Positions 18,677 through 29,373 of a DNA stretch of 54,654 nt are shown here, piece by piece. The notes under the pieces were generated by a model. It was not told the origin of the DNA, did not search any database, and saw nothing but the letters and a program-made list of their open reading frames with translations. The DNA is from a virus. Lineage: Duplodnaviria > Caudoviricetes. Both the position numbers and the translations under genes were made by a program. Each line of letters starts with the position of its first letter. The stretch's first letter is position 1. Location: the IMG/VR virus record IMGVR_UViG_3300007541_000026, positions 1-54,654 of that record, one strand, 5' to 3'.

Positions 18677-20638
18677 ATGGAAGATAAGATCGTCGTTACA
18701 GTACCGCAGGTCTACGGCAGCTCGAATTGGGAGCACATAGACGCCCCGGCCGGATGGACGCAGCAGCTCGGCCGACACATGACAAGCCACAGCGCGCTCA
18801 CCCGACAGATCATGCAGTTCCTGACGGGCTCCCCCGTGGTGGACTACGGGTCCATCACATACGGCGGGACGGCCCCGACCTCCGACGCACGGATCGGGTT
18901 CATCGACACCATTCAGCGTTGTGCGTCCACAGTTCCTACCCCGCCAGCCCAGCCCAGTGGGACCGTTGGCGAGGACTACCTCAGCCCCTCCTCCGCTTCA
19001 TCCTACGACGCCTACACGGACTATCTGTACCAGAACAATCAGTACCGATCCTCTGCCCCCGCAGGGACGTACACCCTCTTTTACATCGCGGCCCAGAATG
19101 GGTTTGCCCTAGCTCTCCCGGGCGGTGGACTTGCCGCCGATTCGGGTGGGTCGACTTTGTTTATCCAGTTCGGGGATCGTGATGATTTCTACATCGCAGG
19201 TGAGTATGCGCTGTCCGTCGGAATCGGGTACCAGACAAGCGGCTCGTGGGTGGATGGCTCCTACATCACTTTCGACGTCATCGCCCCGAACTACACCGAA
19301 GAACTCAACTGGTCAAAGTTCAGCAGCCATTGGGGCCTACTCGACGCCACTGTCGGGGGTAACGGGTCCGGCAACGTCGGTTCATCCCACCCGCTCGGAC
19401 CAACCGCAGCCTACGGGTATCTGGCCTACGACACGGGCCGACTCGGGCCGCACACCAGCTCCGATACGCTCGCTGATGCGAACTTCGTGACCTTGAACTT
19501 CCACGCACTGACGACGGGGACGGCGGTCGCGCCCGTCGACAAATGGCATCCCCATCTTACAAATGCCTCTGAGGAGTTCTGGGGAAGTGGGGCTCCCCTC
19601 AACCCCATTGACGCGAACCTAATCCAGGCTTGCTTCACGGCGGGGTTGTCCAGTTCAGCTACGCAGGCTACGGCCAACCGAGCGCCCGACAAGTTCACGA
19701 TATTCCGTGGGCCGGGATATGTCCGAATCATGGGAGAGACTCGTGACTACGCGAACCCCGGGCAGACGGTAAACCCCGAGCTGGACAGCATGTACTTCTT
19801 CGGGATGATGGCCCCCTACTCTGAGGTGGGTGCTTATCCGTCACCCGTGGCGTACTTGGGCAACTTCGGGTTCTCGACGACGGGATCGGTTTCGGTTCGC
19901 CCTTGGTGGCGAGCGGGGGTCAATTCGACCACAACCGCTGACTCCCAGATCTGGGCTGAGTACCTATCCACAGGGTACTGGAGAGCGACCGCTCCGTTCA
20001 TCCTGCGACCCTCGTTCAACCTGAACACGGGCGCGGCGGGCGCACCCTACGTGTTCCAGCTTCAATCCAACAACGGGGTGGTCCCTCTCCTATCTGGGTC
20101 GGGAAATGTGACCGCGTCGTCCGCGGGGGCGAGCTTCGGTAACAGTGAGGAGACGGCGGTTACAGACTTCAACCCGATCCGGGTTGACCTCAGCTACTCA
20201 ACGTGGACCGGGTTCGCAGGACCTCGGCTTGGGGCCTTGAACATGATCGACCTCGGCGGCCCGCAGATCCGGCCGCTGGCGTTTTTTGACTACTCAGACG
20301 ACGCTTACTGGTATGCCCATCCGGGGACACTCGGTATCTCCGGCGCAGCCGCGACGTACCTCGGAGAGGACATCTTGGCGAATGGTACGGCGGGTCTTGA
20401 TGACCGCATCGAGACCTACGGAGTGCTGCCGGGAGTGTACCATGGAACAGAGACCACGAGCATTGCTACCGGCGGCACTCGGACGGATGTCACACCGGGG
20501 GCCACGGTCGAGTACCGAGGGCGGCAGTTGCGCGTAATCGTCGGAGCGGATGCTTCATGGAATGGGACTTGGTCGAAGATCAGTGGATCGGGAAGTTATA
20601 ACAGAGGCGTCATCCTGTTCGACATGAACGAGGTGTGA
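18677..20638 (+). CDS. Tail-associated virion protein
   Basis: GGAG SD. About 650 aa, Gly/Ser/Thr/Tyr-rich, with YP.P.A..G and YG.LPGVY motifs; follows tape measure. Confidence 0.7.
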   Translation: MEDKIVVTVPQVYGSSNWEHIDAPAGWTQQLGRHMTSHSALTRQIMQFLTGSPVVDYGSITYGGTAPTSDARIGFIDTIQRCASTVPTPPAQPSGTVGEDYLSPSSASSYDAYTDYLYQNNQYRSSAPAGTYTLFYIAAQNGFALALPGGGLAADSGGSTLFIQFGDRDDFYIAGEYALSVGIGYQTSGSWVDGSYITFDVIAPNYTEELNWSKFSSHWGLLDATVGGNGSGNVGSSHPLGPTAAYGYLAYDTGRLGPHTSSDTLADANFVTLNFHALTTGTAVAPVDKWHPHLTNASEEFWGSGAPLNPIDANLIQACFTAGLSSSATQATANRAPDKFTIFRGPGYVRIMGETRDYANPGQTVNPELDSMYFFGMMAPYSEVGAYPSPVAYLGNFGFSTTGSVSVRPWWRAGVNSTTTADSQIWAEYLSTGYWRATAPFILRPSFNLNTGAAGAPYVFQLQSNNGVVPLLSGSGNVTASSAGASFGNSEETAVTDFNPIRVDLSYSTWTGFAGPRLGALNMIDLGGPQIRPLAFFDYSDDAYWYAHPGTLGISGAAATYLGEDILANGTAGLDDRIETYGVLPGVYHGTETTSIATGGTRTDVTPGATVEYRGRQLRVIVGADASWNGTWSKISGSGSYNRGVILFDMNEV

Positions 20639-20654
20639 CCAGGAGAAACCCCCA

Positions 20655-22805
20655 ATGGCTTACAAGACTGGATACTCAAAATCGCCGGACCAACTGTATG
20701 AGGCGATCAGAAACTTCGCCATCAACACCGTCGGTGGGTTCACGGACCCCTTCGATGGTAATCGAGGGCTCAGCTCGTTCCTGTCGAGCGGGGCGACCGG
20801 GTCCAACGTGTTCTCGACGTTCGCACTCCAACATAGCGACACGGGCGCTATGTACCTGTTCGACTTCGTGCCCGGCAACTTCATGAACAATGGGGCCACC
20901 GAGCACGTACTCGTCGGTCAGTTGCTAGATGAGCCGTCCGGGTCTCTTGTCATCAACTACGAGAACTACGTCGACTCAAAATTACAGGAGCCGCAGAGCG
21001 ACTGCACCTGGACCCTGACCGAGTTGTCGGGGGTGTACACCTTCACGGCTTCCATGACCCTGAACGGCCTCGGCGCGCTGAGTACGGTCGAAGAGGGGTA
21101 CGCTCTGGTCCTGATCGACCAAGGGACGCCCACGCTTCGGCACATTTTCCAGATCGAAACGGCCAGCGTGGCTGAGGCGGCGCTCCCGTACGACCAGACT
21201 CTGACCTGCACGTACCTCGGGTCCTACGACGAGGTCACTTCGGTGACGTCTTCGACGCCTCCGGCGATGCCCGCCAACGCGAGCGGGGATCAGGATGACT
21301 TCCTGCTCTCGGACTTCTCCGCGTACGACACGGAGCTTCTGGTGCAGACGCGTTTCGGCGAGTTCCAGTCGAACATGTGGGGTGAGGTACTCTCTCAGGA
21401 TGACATCCGAGCTGGCTGGTTGCCTCGCTCGGGTCGCCTAAACTTCAACACTACTCTCGGAGTGCAGTACCACTTCTACGGTGGCCCGACTGTCGGTGAG
21501 CATTACTTCCACATGGTCCTCTACAGCTCCGCAGGCGGCGCGTCCCATTGGTGGATGGGTCGGGTGTCCTCGGTTGGCGGCCCGGCGACGTACCCGGAAT
21601 CCAACGCTGGCGTGTTCTTGGCAACAACTGGCCCGCACACCGACGAGTACGGGACGGACACGTTCCAGTACGCGATGGACTTCAAGGGCCAAGACCGAAC
21701 GTGGAAGAACCCGAGCGTCATGTTGACACCCTACGTCAACGCGGCCTCCTCGACCACGGCGATCCCGCTCGTGGATGGGGGGTACCTTGGCGTCGGCCCG
21801 ACTGGGGCGAACCACAAGAACGAGTATGGCCCGACCAAGGTTTACCGCAAGACCCTAGAGTCTACGCGGTACTCGATCCAGAATGGGTTGAACGGGTTCG
21901 AGGGTCCGGTTGAGTGGAACATGGATGGCGGTCGGGGTCGCACCCGATACCCGCTGAGGCCCGCGTCCCCCAACGGTGACGACGTCTTGGAGAATAAAAG
22001 CCACTACATCAACCCCTTCTCGGGGGTCAGCGCCATCCTGTACCAGTCCACGACACCGGAGTTCTACACGACGCCTTCCTCGGTACCCTTCTGGTACCTG
22101 GATGACGTCGCCAACAACTGGACACCGACTGGGTCTTCCCTCTCGACCAACGCCGGGTACACGCGATGCACAAACTCTGCGACGAACGCGGCAATCGTAT
22201 CTGACCAGTTCGCGTCCTTCTCCACCTCGGTCAACACGGATGTGGTCGAAATGAGGCTGCGGCTTGTGAGTGGCGACGCGTCAACTTGGGTTGGCAGGCT
22301 ACTCGCCCGTGACCTTAGCGTCAGCTCGACCTATGACTTCAACCCCACCAATTCCCCCGACTGGTCTGTGAGGCCCGAACCGGCTGGACTCAGTAGCAAC
22401 GAGTGGGTCACCGTCCAGTGGGTTGTCGGAAACGACGCCACCTATTGGCAGGGCAACACTTTCGATCAAATCCGTTTCGAGCTGTTCAGCGGCGTCGGGT
22501 CTGATAGCGTGGTGTTCGACATCGAGTACGTGACCTTCATGGTGACCAAAGAGCAGATCGAGGGCATGAGCGGTAGCTCCGGGAATCACAGCAACTACCT
22601 GTACCTAGGCGAGGTTCCCGGAGTATTCCGCGGCACGGCGCTGGGAGTCGGGTCGGAAGCCTTCTCGGAGGAGGTCGCACTCGGAGACGATGTCTTCGAC
22701 GGTCGGCCGGTACGCAAGGCCGGGGCAGTTGGCGACCGTGCGAGACCGCCCCATCTTGAGGAACGTGAGAACAGCGGCCTTTCCAGCTATATCTACAAGA
22801 GGTGA
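20655..22805 (+). CDS. Tail-associated virion protein with inserted carbohydrate-binding-like module
   Basis: AGGAG SD. N-terminus MAY.TG......L...IR.FA and C-terminal YLGEVPGV resemble YuA/M6-type tail proteins. Confidence 0.7.
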   Translation: MAYKTGYSKSPDQLYEAIRNFAINTVGGFTDPFDGNRGLSSFLSSGATGSNVFSTFALQHSDTGAMYLFDFVPGNFMNNGATEHVLVGQLLDEPSGSLVINYENYVDSKLQEPQSDCTWTLTELSGVYTFTASMTLNGLGALSTVEEGYALVLIDQGTPTLRHIFQIETASVAEAALPYDQTLTCTYLGSYDEVTSVTSSTPPAMPANASGDQDDFLLSDFSAYDTELLVQTRFGEFQSNMWGEVLSQDDIRAGWLPRSGRLNFNTTLGVQYHFYGGPTVGEHYFHMVLYSSAGGASHWWMGRVSSVGGPATYPESNAGVFLATTGPHTDEYGTDTFQYAMDFKGQDRTWKNPSVMLTPYVNAASSTTAIPLVDGGYLGVGPTGANHKNEYGPTKVYRKTLESTRYSIQNGLNGFEGPVEWNMDGGRGRTRYPLRPASPNGDDVLENKSHYINPFSGVSAILYQSTTPEFYTTPSSVPFWYLDDVANNWTPTGSSLSTNAGYTRCTNSATNAAIVSDQFASFSTSVNTDVVEMRLRLVSGDASTWVGRLLARDLSVSSTYDFNPTNSPDWSVRPEPAGLSSNEWVTVQWVVGNDATYWQGNTFDQIRFELFSGVGSDSVVFDIEYVTFMVTKEQIEGMSGSSGNHSNYLYLGEVPGVFRGTALGVGSEAFSEEVALGDDVFDGRPVRKAGAVGDRARPPHLEERENSGLSSYIYKR

Positions 22806-22808
22806 TTC

Positions 22809-24404
22809 ATGGAGTTCCATACCTACTTCTCACCCCACTCCTACGTGGTTCGCGACGAGACCTCCATAGACCTCAATGAGGTGACGGATGGGGATTCGTT
22901 CACGGTTGAGTTGTACAACGCCCAGAACGCAGTCACCACCGCTCCGGTGGTCTTCGGCCTGCCCGACTCGACTTTTGACATCACGTGGCCCGGCCAGACC
23001 GCCTTGTCTACCAAGGCGGAGCTGGAGGCCAACCCGTTGACGATCCCGGCGTACAACCAGGTCACGGTCACGGTGACCTTCCGAGAGGCCAAGCAGGACA
23101 GCTCCGACAGCGGGCTGACGTTCTCGTGGGGTGACGCGAGCATCCCGGTCGAGTTCACGCGGTACTATCTCGTGAAGGAGAAGCCTCAGCGAGACATGGT
23201 CGAAGTCATCGAGTTCAAGACGGACGTGGCGGAGGCGTGGGACGGAACGGAGAAGCGCACGAGGGTGCGAGCCAACCCGAGGTCAACCGTCAAGCAGGAC
23301 TTCCTCGTTTCTGGGGATGACCGCCAAGCGGGCATATCGCTCCAAGCCAAGATGATGGCCTTGCCGGGACGGACCGCGAAGGTTGTCGCTTGGCATCGGG
23401 AGCAGGCGGTGGCGTCCTCCTCGGCTACAATCGACGGCCGGGCGTTGACGGTCAGCGGGGCCCTAGAGCCCGAGCTGGCTGCGCTCGATACGGGCGACCG
23501 GGTCTGGTACAGGATCCCCAGCACGGGGAACCTCGGAAGCGGGGTGACCTCAAGGGGATCTACCACCACCACATTGTACCTAGACCCCATACTGGGGTAC
23601 GACTACGCCACAAACGTCAACGCAGGGGACGTTTCGCTCCTGCCCACGACATCCTCGTACATGCGAGAGAAGCCTTCGGTCAAGCTGTTCCCCTCTGGAG
23701 CTACCTCATACTCCACGGAGTGGTTGACACCGAACCTTGAGACGCCTAGTGGCAACGCGCTGGACTCCTCCACCTCGTGGGAAGACTTGTGTGGCTCAGA
23801 GAGCTACCAGTCTCGCCCGGTTCTCCGGGAAGGCCAGTACATCCGTGACTCGCTCAAGTTCGCGTCGGATTCCGGCTCGGTCTGGTTCGACCAGACGATC
23901 GGTACGGTCAGCACGTTCAATAGGAAGGAGTCCTCTGCGGTCACCTTCGAGCGCATGTTCGAGTACGCATATGAGGACGGTCGCGTCAGCGATCTCCGCA
24001 ACTTCATCCACTGGACGTGGGGCAGGCAGCGGTCCTTCTGGGTGCCTTCGGGCGCTGACGACCTGCTGATCCTGTCCGCCGCGGCGGACGGTCTGTCGGC
24101 CACGTTCTACGGGGATGACATGGGTCTACTGGCACCTCTGCTGGATGGCTACTCGCATCTTGAGGCTGATTTTGGCAACGGGACGCGCAAGCGAGCGCAG
24201 GTCACCGGGCAGGACTCGGACGGCACGAACGTCACCTTGACGTTCGGTAGTGCCTTCGTGACCAGCGCGGACCTGGCGTCCTACCCGAACATGACGGTCT
24301 CGTTCCTGTACCACGTACGGCTAGGGTCCGACAAGGTCAAGATTCAATACGACGGCACGGAGGCGGTCTCCTGCCGGATCAATGTGGTGACTGTGAAGCA
24401 ATAA
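22809..24404 (+). CDS. Distal-tail-like virion protein
   Basis: E.IEFKTDV..A.DG.E.R...R..PR, GRQRSFWVPS and VRL.SD motifs; synteny. Confidence 0.75.
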   Translation: MEFHTYFSPHSYVVRDETSIDLNEVTDGDSFTVELYNAQNAVTTAPVVFGLPDSTFDITWPGQTALSTKAELEANPLTIPAYNQVTVTVTFREAKQDSSDSGLTFSWGDASIPVEFTRYYLVKEKPQRDMVEVIEFKTDVAEAWDGTEKRTRVRANPRSTVKQDFLVSGDDRQAGISLQAKMMALPGRTAKVVAWHREQAVASSSATIDGRALTVSGALEPELAALDTGDRVWYRIPSTGNLGSGVTSRGSTTTTLYLDPILGYDYATNVNAGDVSLLPTTSSYMREKPSVKLFPSGATSYSTEWLTPNLETPSGNALDSSTSWEDLCGSESYQSRPVLREGQYIRDSLKFASDSGSVWFDQTIGTVSTFNRKESSAVTFERMFEYAYEDGRVSDLRNFIHWTWGRQRSFWVPSGADDLLILSAAADGLSATFYGDDMGLLAPLLDGYSHLEADFGNGTRKRAQVTGQDSDGTNVTLTFGSAFVTSADLASYPNMTVSFLYHVRLGSDKVKIQYDGTEAVSCRINVVTVKQ

Positions 24405-24419
24405 GGAAGGAAACCCCCG

Positions 24420-25271
24420 ATGCCCTACGATTCACAAGAAGGCTCCGCCGAGAGCGGAGCGCCGATCGAGCTGTATCGGATACAGGGAGCTGATACGTAC
24501 TACTACACGTCGTCTGCGTTCCCGTACGTCGATGGCAGTACGGTATACCAGCCGGTCCCGATCAAACGGACGGCACCCACCCTCAACGGAAAGGAGTCCT
24601 CTGCGAACATCTCGCTGAAGTTCCCCTTCAACAACCCGTTCGTGTCCCGGTACCTCGGCGGCGTCCCGCCGCAGCCGGACACGATCACGATCTACCGGGT
24701 CCACCGGAGCGACTCGACGGAAGAGATCCGGCGGTTCTGGTATGGGACGGTCAGTTCGGTGAAGTTCGCGGACACCACGGCGACGGTGACGCTGCTGGGC
24801 GTCATGTCCAAACTGGGCGCCCAGATCCCCGTGGAGACCTTCTCCTGGATGTGCGACCACGCCCTGTTTGACAGCCGATGCGCGGTCAGCAAGTCCGCGA
24901 ACACCCTCACCCTGACGGTGAAGGCAGTGTCGGCCGACGGTGTGACCGTGACCCTCCAAGACTTCGGTCAGGCCACGACCAAACTGGCAGACACGACGTT
25001 CTTCAACGGCGGGATCTTCTCTGTACCGGGCAGCGTCGGGGAGAGGACGATCCTACGCATGGAGGAAGTCGCGGGCGGAGACGACAACGACTACACCGTA
25101 GTGTTACTGGTCCCCACCTCGGGCCTAGAAGTGGGCCAGCAGGTGACAGTGACAGCCGGATGTGACCACTCGATCCAGACGTGCTTCAGCCGCTTTGACA
25201 ACGTAGGGAACTACGGCGGCTTCCCATACATCCCGACGCTGAACCCCTTCAGCACCGACAAGAAGAGGTGA
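24420..25271 (+). CDS. Baseplate hub protein, DUF2163/BR0599 (gpL-like, Cys cluster)
   Basis: P.ELY, C.HALFD..C and AGCDH...TC..RFDN..NYGGFPYIP..NPF. Confidence 0.9.
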   Translation: MPYDSQEGSAESGAPIELYRIQGADTYYYTSSAFPYVDGSTVYQPVPIKRTAPTLNGKESSANISLKFPFNNPFVSRYLGGVPPQPDTITIYRVHRSDSTEEIRRFWYGTVSSVKFADTTATVTLLGVMSKLGAQIPVETFSWMCDHALFDSRCAVSKSANTLTLTVKAVSADGVTVTLQDFGQATTKLADTTFFNGGIFSVPGSVGERTILRMEEVAGGDDNDYTVVLLVPTSGLEVGQQVTVTAGCDHSIQTCFSRFDNVGNYGGFPYIPTLNPFSTDKKR

Positions 25272-25274
25272 ACC

Positions 25275-28200
25275 ATGGAAACCATGTTCATTGAAGGCAT
25301 CGGTGAGGTGGCGGTTTATACCGCGGAACCCATCACCTTGACAATGGTCCTGATCGCGATGGCGGTCAGCGTGGTGATGGCGGGGTTGGCAAGCGGCCTA
25401 TCCTACCTGCTCGCCCCCAAGCCCGACATCGAGGACCAAGAGCCGAGCGGGCTGGGCGACTACAGCTTCCCGACGAACCTTGAAAGCCGGTACATCCCGG
25501 TGATCTGGGGTACATCCAAGGTGAAGGGCCAGAACGTCATCTGGTACGGAGACTTCTCGGCCAGAGAGCTGGACACGGCGGACCAAGTCGTCGGCTATGA
25601 ATACTCGCTCGGCATGGATCTGGCCTTGTGCTGGGGTCCGATCGACGCGATCACCGAGATCACGATCGACGAGGACTACGCACTCAAGGCGGGTGAGAAG
25701 TACGCCCTGTGGGACACCACAACGGGCATCGCCCCTACGGCTCCGCTGGGGGGCTACGCCCTTCCCGTCTCAGGCGAGCGCCTGATTGAGTTCCGGGATA
25801 CACAGTTCTTCGGCGGTACCAAGCGCGGCGGACGACTGATAGGCGGGCTCCGGTTCTACTTCGGGACCGAGACCCAGACTTCCAACTCCTACATCGCAGG
25901 AGTCGAGCGCGAGAATACGCTCGACATCGACGGTACTCCTATCAGTAAGGGCCTACTCGTGCCCCGCTACGCTGGCCTATGCCATGCGGTCTGGGAGGGC
26001 GGCGTCCTGTCGGACCATGCGGTTCTCAAGAGCTGGTCGTTCACCGTGCATCGGTATCCTACGTCCCTCACCCCTTCCTACTCCAAGGTCGGGACGGATG
26101 CAAACGGCATCGCGGACGCGAACCCCGCCCATGTGATCTTCGAGATCCTGACGGACACGAACTGGGGCTTGGGCGTACCGGAGGAGAACATCGACAGGGA
26201 AGGCTTCATCGCCGTTGCAAAGAAGTGCTTCGACGAGCAGAACGGATTCAGCTTCACAATGGACTCACCCAAGTCGTCCAAGACTGTGATCGACGACATC
26301 CTCGCTCAGGTGAATGGCGTGTTGGTTCAAGACAGCGAGGGCCGGTTCAGCCTGCGCCTCCTCCGCCGCACCTACCGAACTTCGGACAACGCGGAGCTGG
26401 ATTACGATGGAGTGCTGACCGGCAATACGATCCTGACGGTCGGGCCTTCGGACATCATCAAAATGGTCTCGGCTTCCCGGCAGGCGTGGAGTGAGACGTT
26501 CAACGTCGTCCAAGTCCATTACAATGACCGGAACGACGAGTTCAAGGAGGCCGTAGCCACCGCGCACGACCTCGCGAATATGTCGATCCAGAACGGACTG
26601 AGGCGAGTGAAGCAGATCAAGTCCAAGGGCGTCCGTACGGCTCAGGCCGCTGCGGTTGTGGCTCAGCGTAACCTGGTTACCGTCGCCTACCCGATCACGT
26701 CCGCTGCGTTCGAGGTGTCGCGGGAGTTCAGTAGCTTGCGCCCTGGAGACATCATCGAGGTCAACCACCCGGACTTCGGGCTCGAATCCTTCTACATGCG
26801 GATCTTCGAGGTCGGCCTCCCCAAGGACACGGACGGCAACATCCTGCTCAAGGGGATGAGAGATGTGTTCGACGAGCCTGCGTTCGACGAGGTGATGCAC
26901 ACGGGCGGCGACACGACTTCACTGTCGCTCATCGGCTCGGTGAGGGCGGAGGAGGCGACTTCGGTCGAGTTGACCGGGTTGCCATACTTCTTCCACAGCC
27001 GAGAAGGCTTGGACCCCAGCGAGTTCCACACGTGGCATATCGTTGCGGCCCCGACGCCCACTTCTCGTGCAGGGCAACCTCACATCGAAGACCCAGCGGC
27101 TCCGGGGTCCGGCGTCTGGAACGCCGTCGGCTCGGTGAAGACGCTGTGCCCATCCGGTACGGTCATCGCCAACCCGTCGGACCTCTGGCAGGACCGATCG
27201 TTTGCGAGGAGATATGTCAACGACTCGATCGCAACATCCAACAATCTCGGAGGCCCTTACAGCCGAATCCCTGGTCCGATGACCAACCCGATCATGCACA
27301 ACTCGAACATCGAGAAGGCCACAAGCAACACGATGAACGAAGGGTTTACCCAAGGTCTGATGACGACGTATTCTCTGCGGACGAACACGAGCTTGAGGAC
27401 CGACGGCTGCCTCTGGGTGACCGGACTGAATGACCCGGAGGCGCTGGTCAGCACCTTCACGGATGACCAGCTTCGCTACTACGGTTTCGGTATGGCCTTG
27501 GTTCGCCCTGCGTGGGCGGACGGGGATGAGCGGTTCACCGAGATCATCAGCTACAAGGTCGCCCGAACCATGATCGTGGAGGTTATCGACTTCTACGATC
27601 GGTCAATCTCGGCTCGGAACAGAGAGGTCATTTTCGACGGCGTGTACAACCAGAAGTCCTGGAGTGACATTCAGATTCTCGAATCCTATAAAGTCCTAGT
27701 GCTCGATCAGGTCTACCGTGGCTGCATGGACACCGGGATTCAGTGCGTCAACTCTGGATCTGAGATCGTGTTCATAGATCCCAGTCAGGTCATGTACGAT
27801 GTGGATGGGGTACTCAGCTCTGATCTCCAGTCTGGGGGCGCGTGGCTGACTTCCGGGGACGTGACCTACCGTGAGCAGGTGCTGGCGGTTGGCGGCGTGT
27901 CGGACCTCGACACCTCCGCTGACCACACGGTCACCGCGAGCCAGAGGTACCGCAAGGAAGCCCCGTCGTCCATGGTGAAGCTGACGCATCTGCCGTGGTC
28001 GGGGTCGACTTGGACCAACCCGGATGAGTTCTGGGGCCGGTCGTACTACGACAACGGTGAGTTTCAGGGCTACTACTTCCCGAGATCGTCCGAGACGACC
28101 GGAGGGAACGAGGCGCGGTTCAGGATGCAGTTCGAGCATCAAGACGTGCTCGGCGCGGTCACGCCCAAGGTCTGGTTCTACAACGAGTCCACGGTCGGCG

Positions 28201-28613
28201 GTGTGACGAACCAAGGCAGCGCAGTCACGTTCCACTTGCTCGAAGACGACACGTCTGCGTCCGCGACGGTCGGCAAGTCCGGCTGGACCGCAGAGGTTCT
28301 CCGGTACCACAATGCGATGGCGAGGTTCAAGGAGGGCTGGATGCCCACGAACCCGCCGCTGGAGCATGGCGAGGTCGGTGCTGTCGACGAGCCGTTCAAG
28401 TACACGTTGACAGCTACTCATAACTCTCAGGGCTCGACCTCGGGCCACTCGTGGGATCTGGATGCGCTGTTCACGAGCGCGGGCGCGACGTTCACGCCGG
28501 ACGAAAAGTACTACGTCGAGATCTGGATTCAGATGGCGAGATTCGATGGGGGTAACCCGATCGAAAAGTCGTACGGCGCGCAACGAATCATGTACGAGAT
28601 CACCGCCAAGTAG
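25275..28613 (+). CDS. Tail tip / central fibre protein (Phage-tail_3, J-like)
   Basis: 1112 aa; IPVIWGT....G.NVIWYGD, DANPAH.I.EILT...WGLG and LRPGD.I motifs. Confidence 0.9.
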   Translation: METMFIEGIGEVAVYTAEPITLTMVLIAMAVSVVMAGLASGLSYLLAPKPDIEDQEPSGLGDYSFPTNLESRYIPVIWGTSKVKGQNVIWYGDFSARELDTADQVVGYEYSLGMDLALCWGPIDAITEITIDEDYALKAGEKYALWDTTTGIAPTAPLGGYALPVSGERLIEFRDTQFFGGTKRGGRLIGGLRFYFGTETQTSNSYIAGVERENTLDIDGTPISKGLLVPRYAGLCHAVWEGGVLSDHAVLKSWSFTVHRYPTSLTPSYSKVGTDANGIADANPAHVIFEILTDTNWGLGVPEENIDREGFIAVAKKCFDEQNGFSFTMDSPKSSKTVIDDILAQVNGVLVQDSEGRFSLRLLRRTYRTSDNAELDYDGVLTGNTILTVGPSDIIKMVSASRQAWSETFNVVQVHYNDRNDEFKEAVATAHDLANMSIQNGLRRVKQIKSKGVRTAQAAAVVAQRNLVTVAYPITSAAFEVSREFSSLRPGDIIEVNHPDFGLESFYMRIFEVGLPKDTDGNILLKGMRDVFDEPAFDEVMHTGGDTTSLSLIGSVRAEEATSVELTGLPYFFHSREGLDPSEFHTWHIVAAPTPTSRAGQPHIEDPAAPGSGVWNAVGSVKTLCPSGTVIANPSDLWQDRSFARRYVNDSIATSNNLGGPYSRIPGPMTNPIMHNSNIEKATSNTMNEGFTQGLMTTYSLRTNTSLRTDGCLWVTGLNDPEALVSTFTDDQLRYYGFGMALVRPAWADGDERFTEIISYKVARTMIVEVIDFYDRSISARNREVIFDGVYNQKSWSDIQILESYKVLVLDQVYRGCMDTGIQCVNSGSEIVFIDPSQVMYDVDGVLSSDLQSGGAWLTSGDVTYREQVLAVGGVSDLDTSADHTVTASQRYRKEAPSSMVKLTHLPWSGSTWTNPDEFWGRSYYDNGEFQGYYFPRSSETTGGNEARFRMQFEHQDVLGAVTPKVWFYNESTVGGVTNQGSAVTFHLLEDDTSASATVGKSGWTAEVLRYHNAMARFKEGWMPTNPPLEHGEVGAVDEPFKYTLTATHNSQGSTSGHSWDLDALFTSAGATFTPDEKYYVEIWIQMARFDGGNPIEKSYGAQRIMYEITAK

Positions 28614-28618
28614 CAAAT

Positions 28619-28650
28619 AGCCCCGGGGGCCTTCGGGCCTCCGGGGCTTG
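28619..28650 (+). terminator. Hairpin/terminator after tail tip gene
   Basis: AGCCCCGGGGGCC-TTCG-GGCCTCCGGGGCT. Confidence 0.65.
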
Positions 28651-28660
28651 GAGGGCGCCT

Positions 28661-29053
28661 ATGCCCGAGTTCGGCAGAAGGTCACTAGAGGCCCTAGAAT
28701 ACGTTGAGCCGAGACTTCGCCTCGTACTGGAGGAAGTCATCAGGTACTGGGATTTCTCGGTCCTAGAGGGCTTCAGAGGGCCTGAGAGACAGGACGAGCT
28801 GTTCGAGCAGGGGGCCACGAAGGTCCGCTGGCCCGGATCGGCTCACAACGCCCTGCCCAGCAGGGCCGTAGACATCGCACCGTACCCGATCGACTGGGAG
28901 GATACCGAGAGGTTCGTCCAGCTCGCCGGGGCCGTGCTGACCGTCGCCCGGCAGTTCGGAGTCGAGCTGCGCTGGGGCGGCGACTGGGATCGGGACGGAC
29001 GCATGGCGGACGAGAGATTCCGGGACTTGGTCCATTTCGAGATTGTGGAGTAG
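28661..29053 (+). CDS. Endolysin, M15 family (L-Ala-D-Glu peptidase-like)
   Basis: EG.R..ERQ..L...G, SAHN...S.AVD, RWGGDW and D..HFE zinc-peptidase motifs. Confidence 0.92.
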   Translation: MPEFGRRSLEALEYVEPRLRLVLEEVIRYWDFSVLEGFRGPERQDELFEQGATKVRWPGSAHNALPSRAVDIAPYPIDWEDTERFVQLAGAVLTVARQFGVELRWGGDWDRDGRMADERFRDLVHFEIVE

Positions 29054-29064
29054 GAGGGACGTTA

Positions 29065-29373
29065 TTGGACAACACCACCCTGGAGGTCATCGGGTTGTTT
29101 GCCGCCTTCGGCTTGCCGTTGGTAGGTGTGCTGAGTTACTTACGAGCCCAGCTCTCGCGGCTGGATCAAAAGATTGATGAGCTGAATATCCGAGTGACAG
29201 AGCATCGCAAGAACACCGACGCCCATGTGACCAGAGAATGGATTCAGGATCTGGGCGCTCGGATCGGTGGCCCCACGGACAGGGAGTGGGGCGAGTACGT
29301 AAACGAGATGAGAGAGATCCGGCACGACCTGCGGAATCTCTCCACCCAAGTGCGACTATTGGAGGATGAATGA
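29065..29373 (+). CDS. Putative holin/antiholin (one N-terminal TM plus coiled coil)
   Basis: GGAGG SD, TTG start, hydrophobic VIGLFAAFGLPLVGVLSYL; adjacent to endolysin. Confidence 0.5.
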   Translation: MDNTTLEVIGLFAAFGLPLVGVLSYLRAQLSRLDQKIDELNIRVTEHRKNTDAHVTREWIQDLGARIGGPTDREWGEYVNEMREIRHDLRNLSTQVRLLEDE

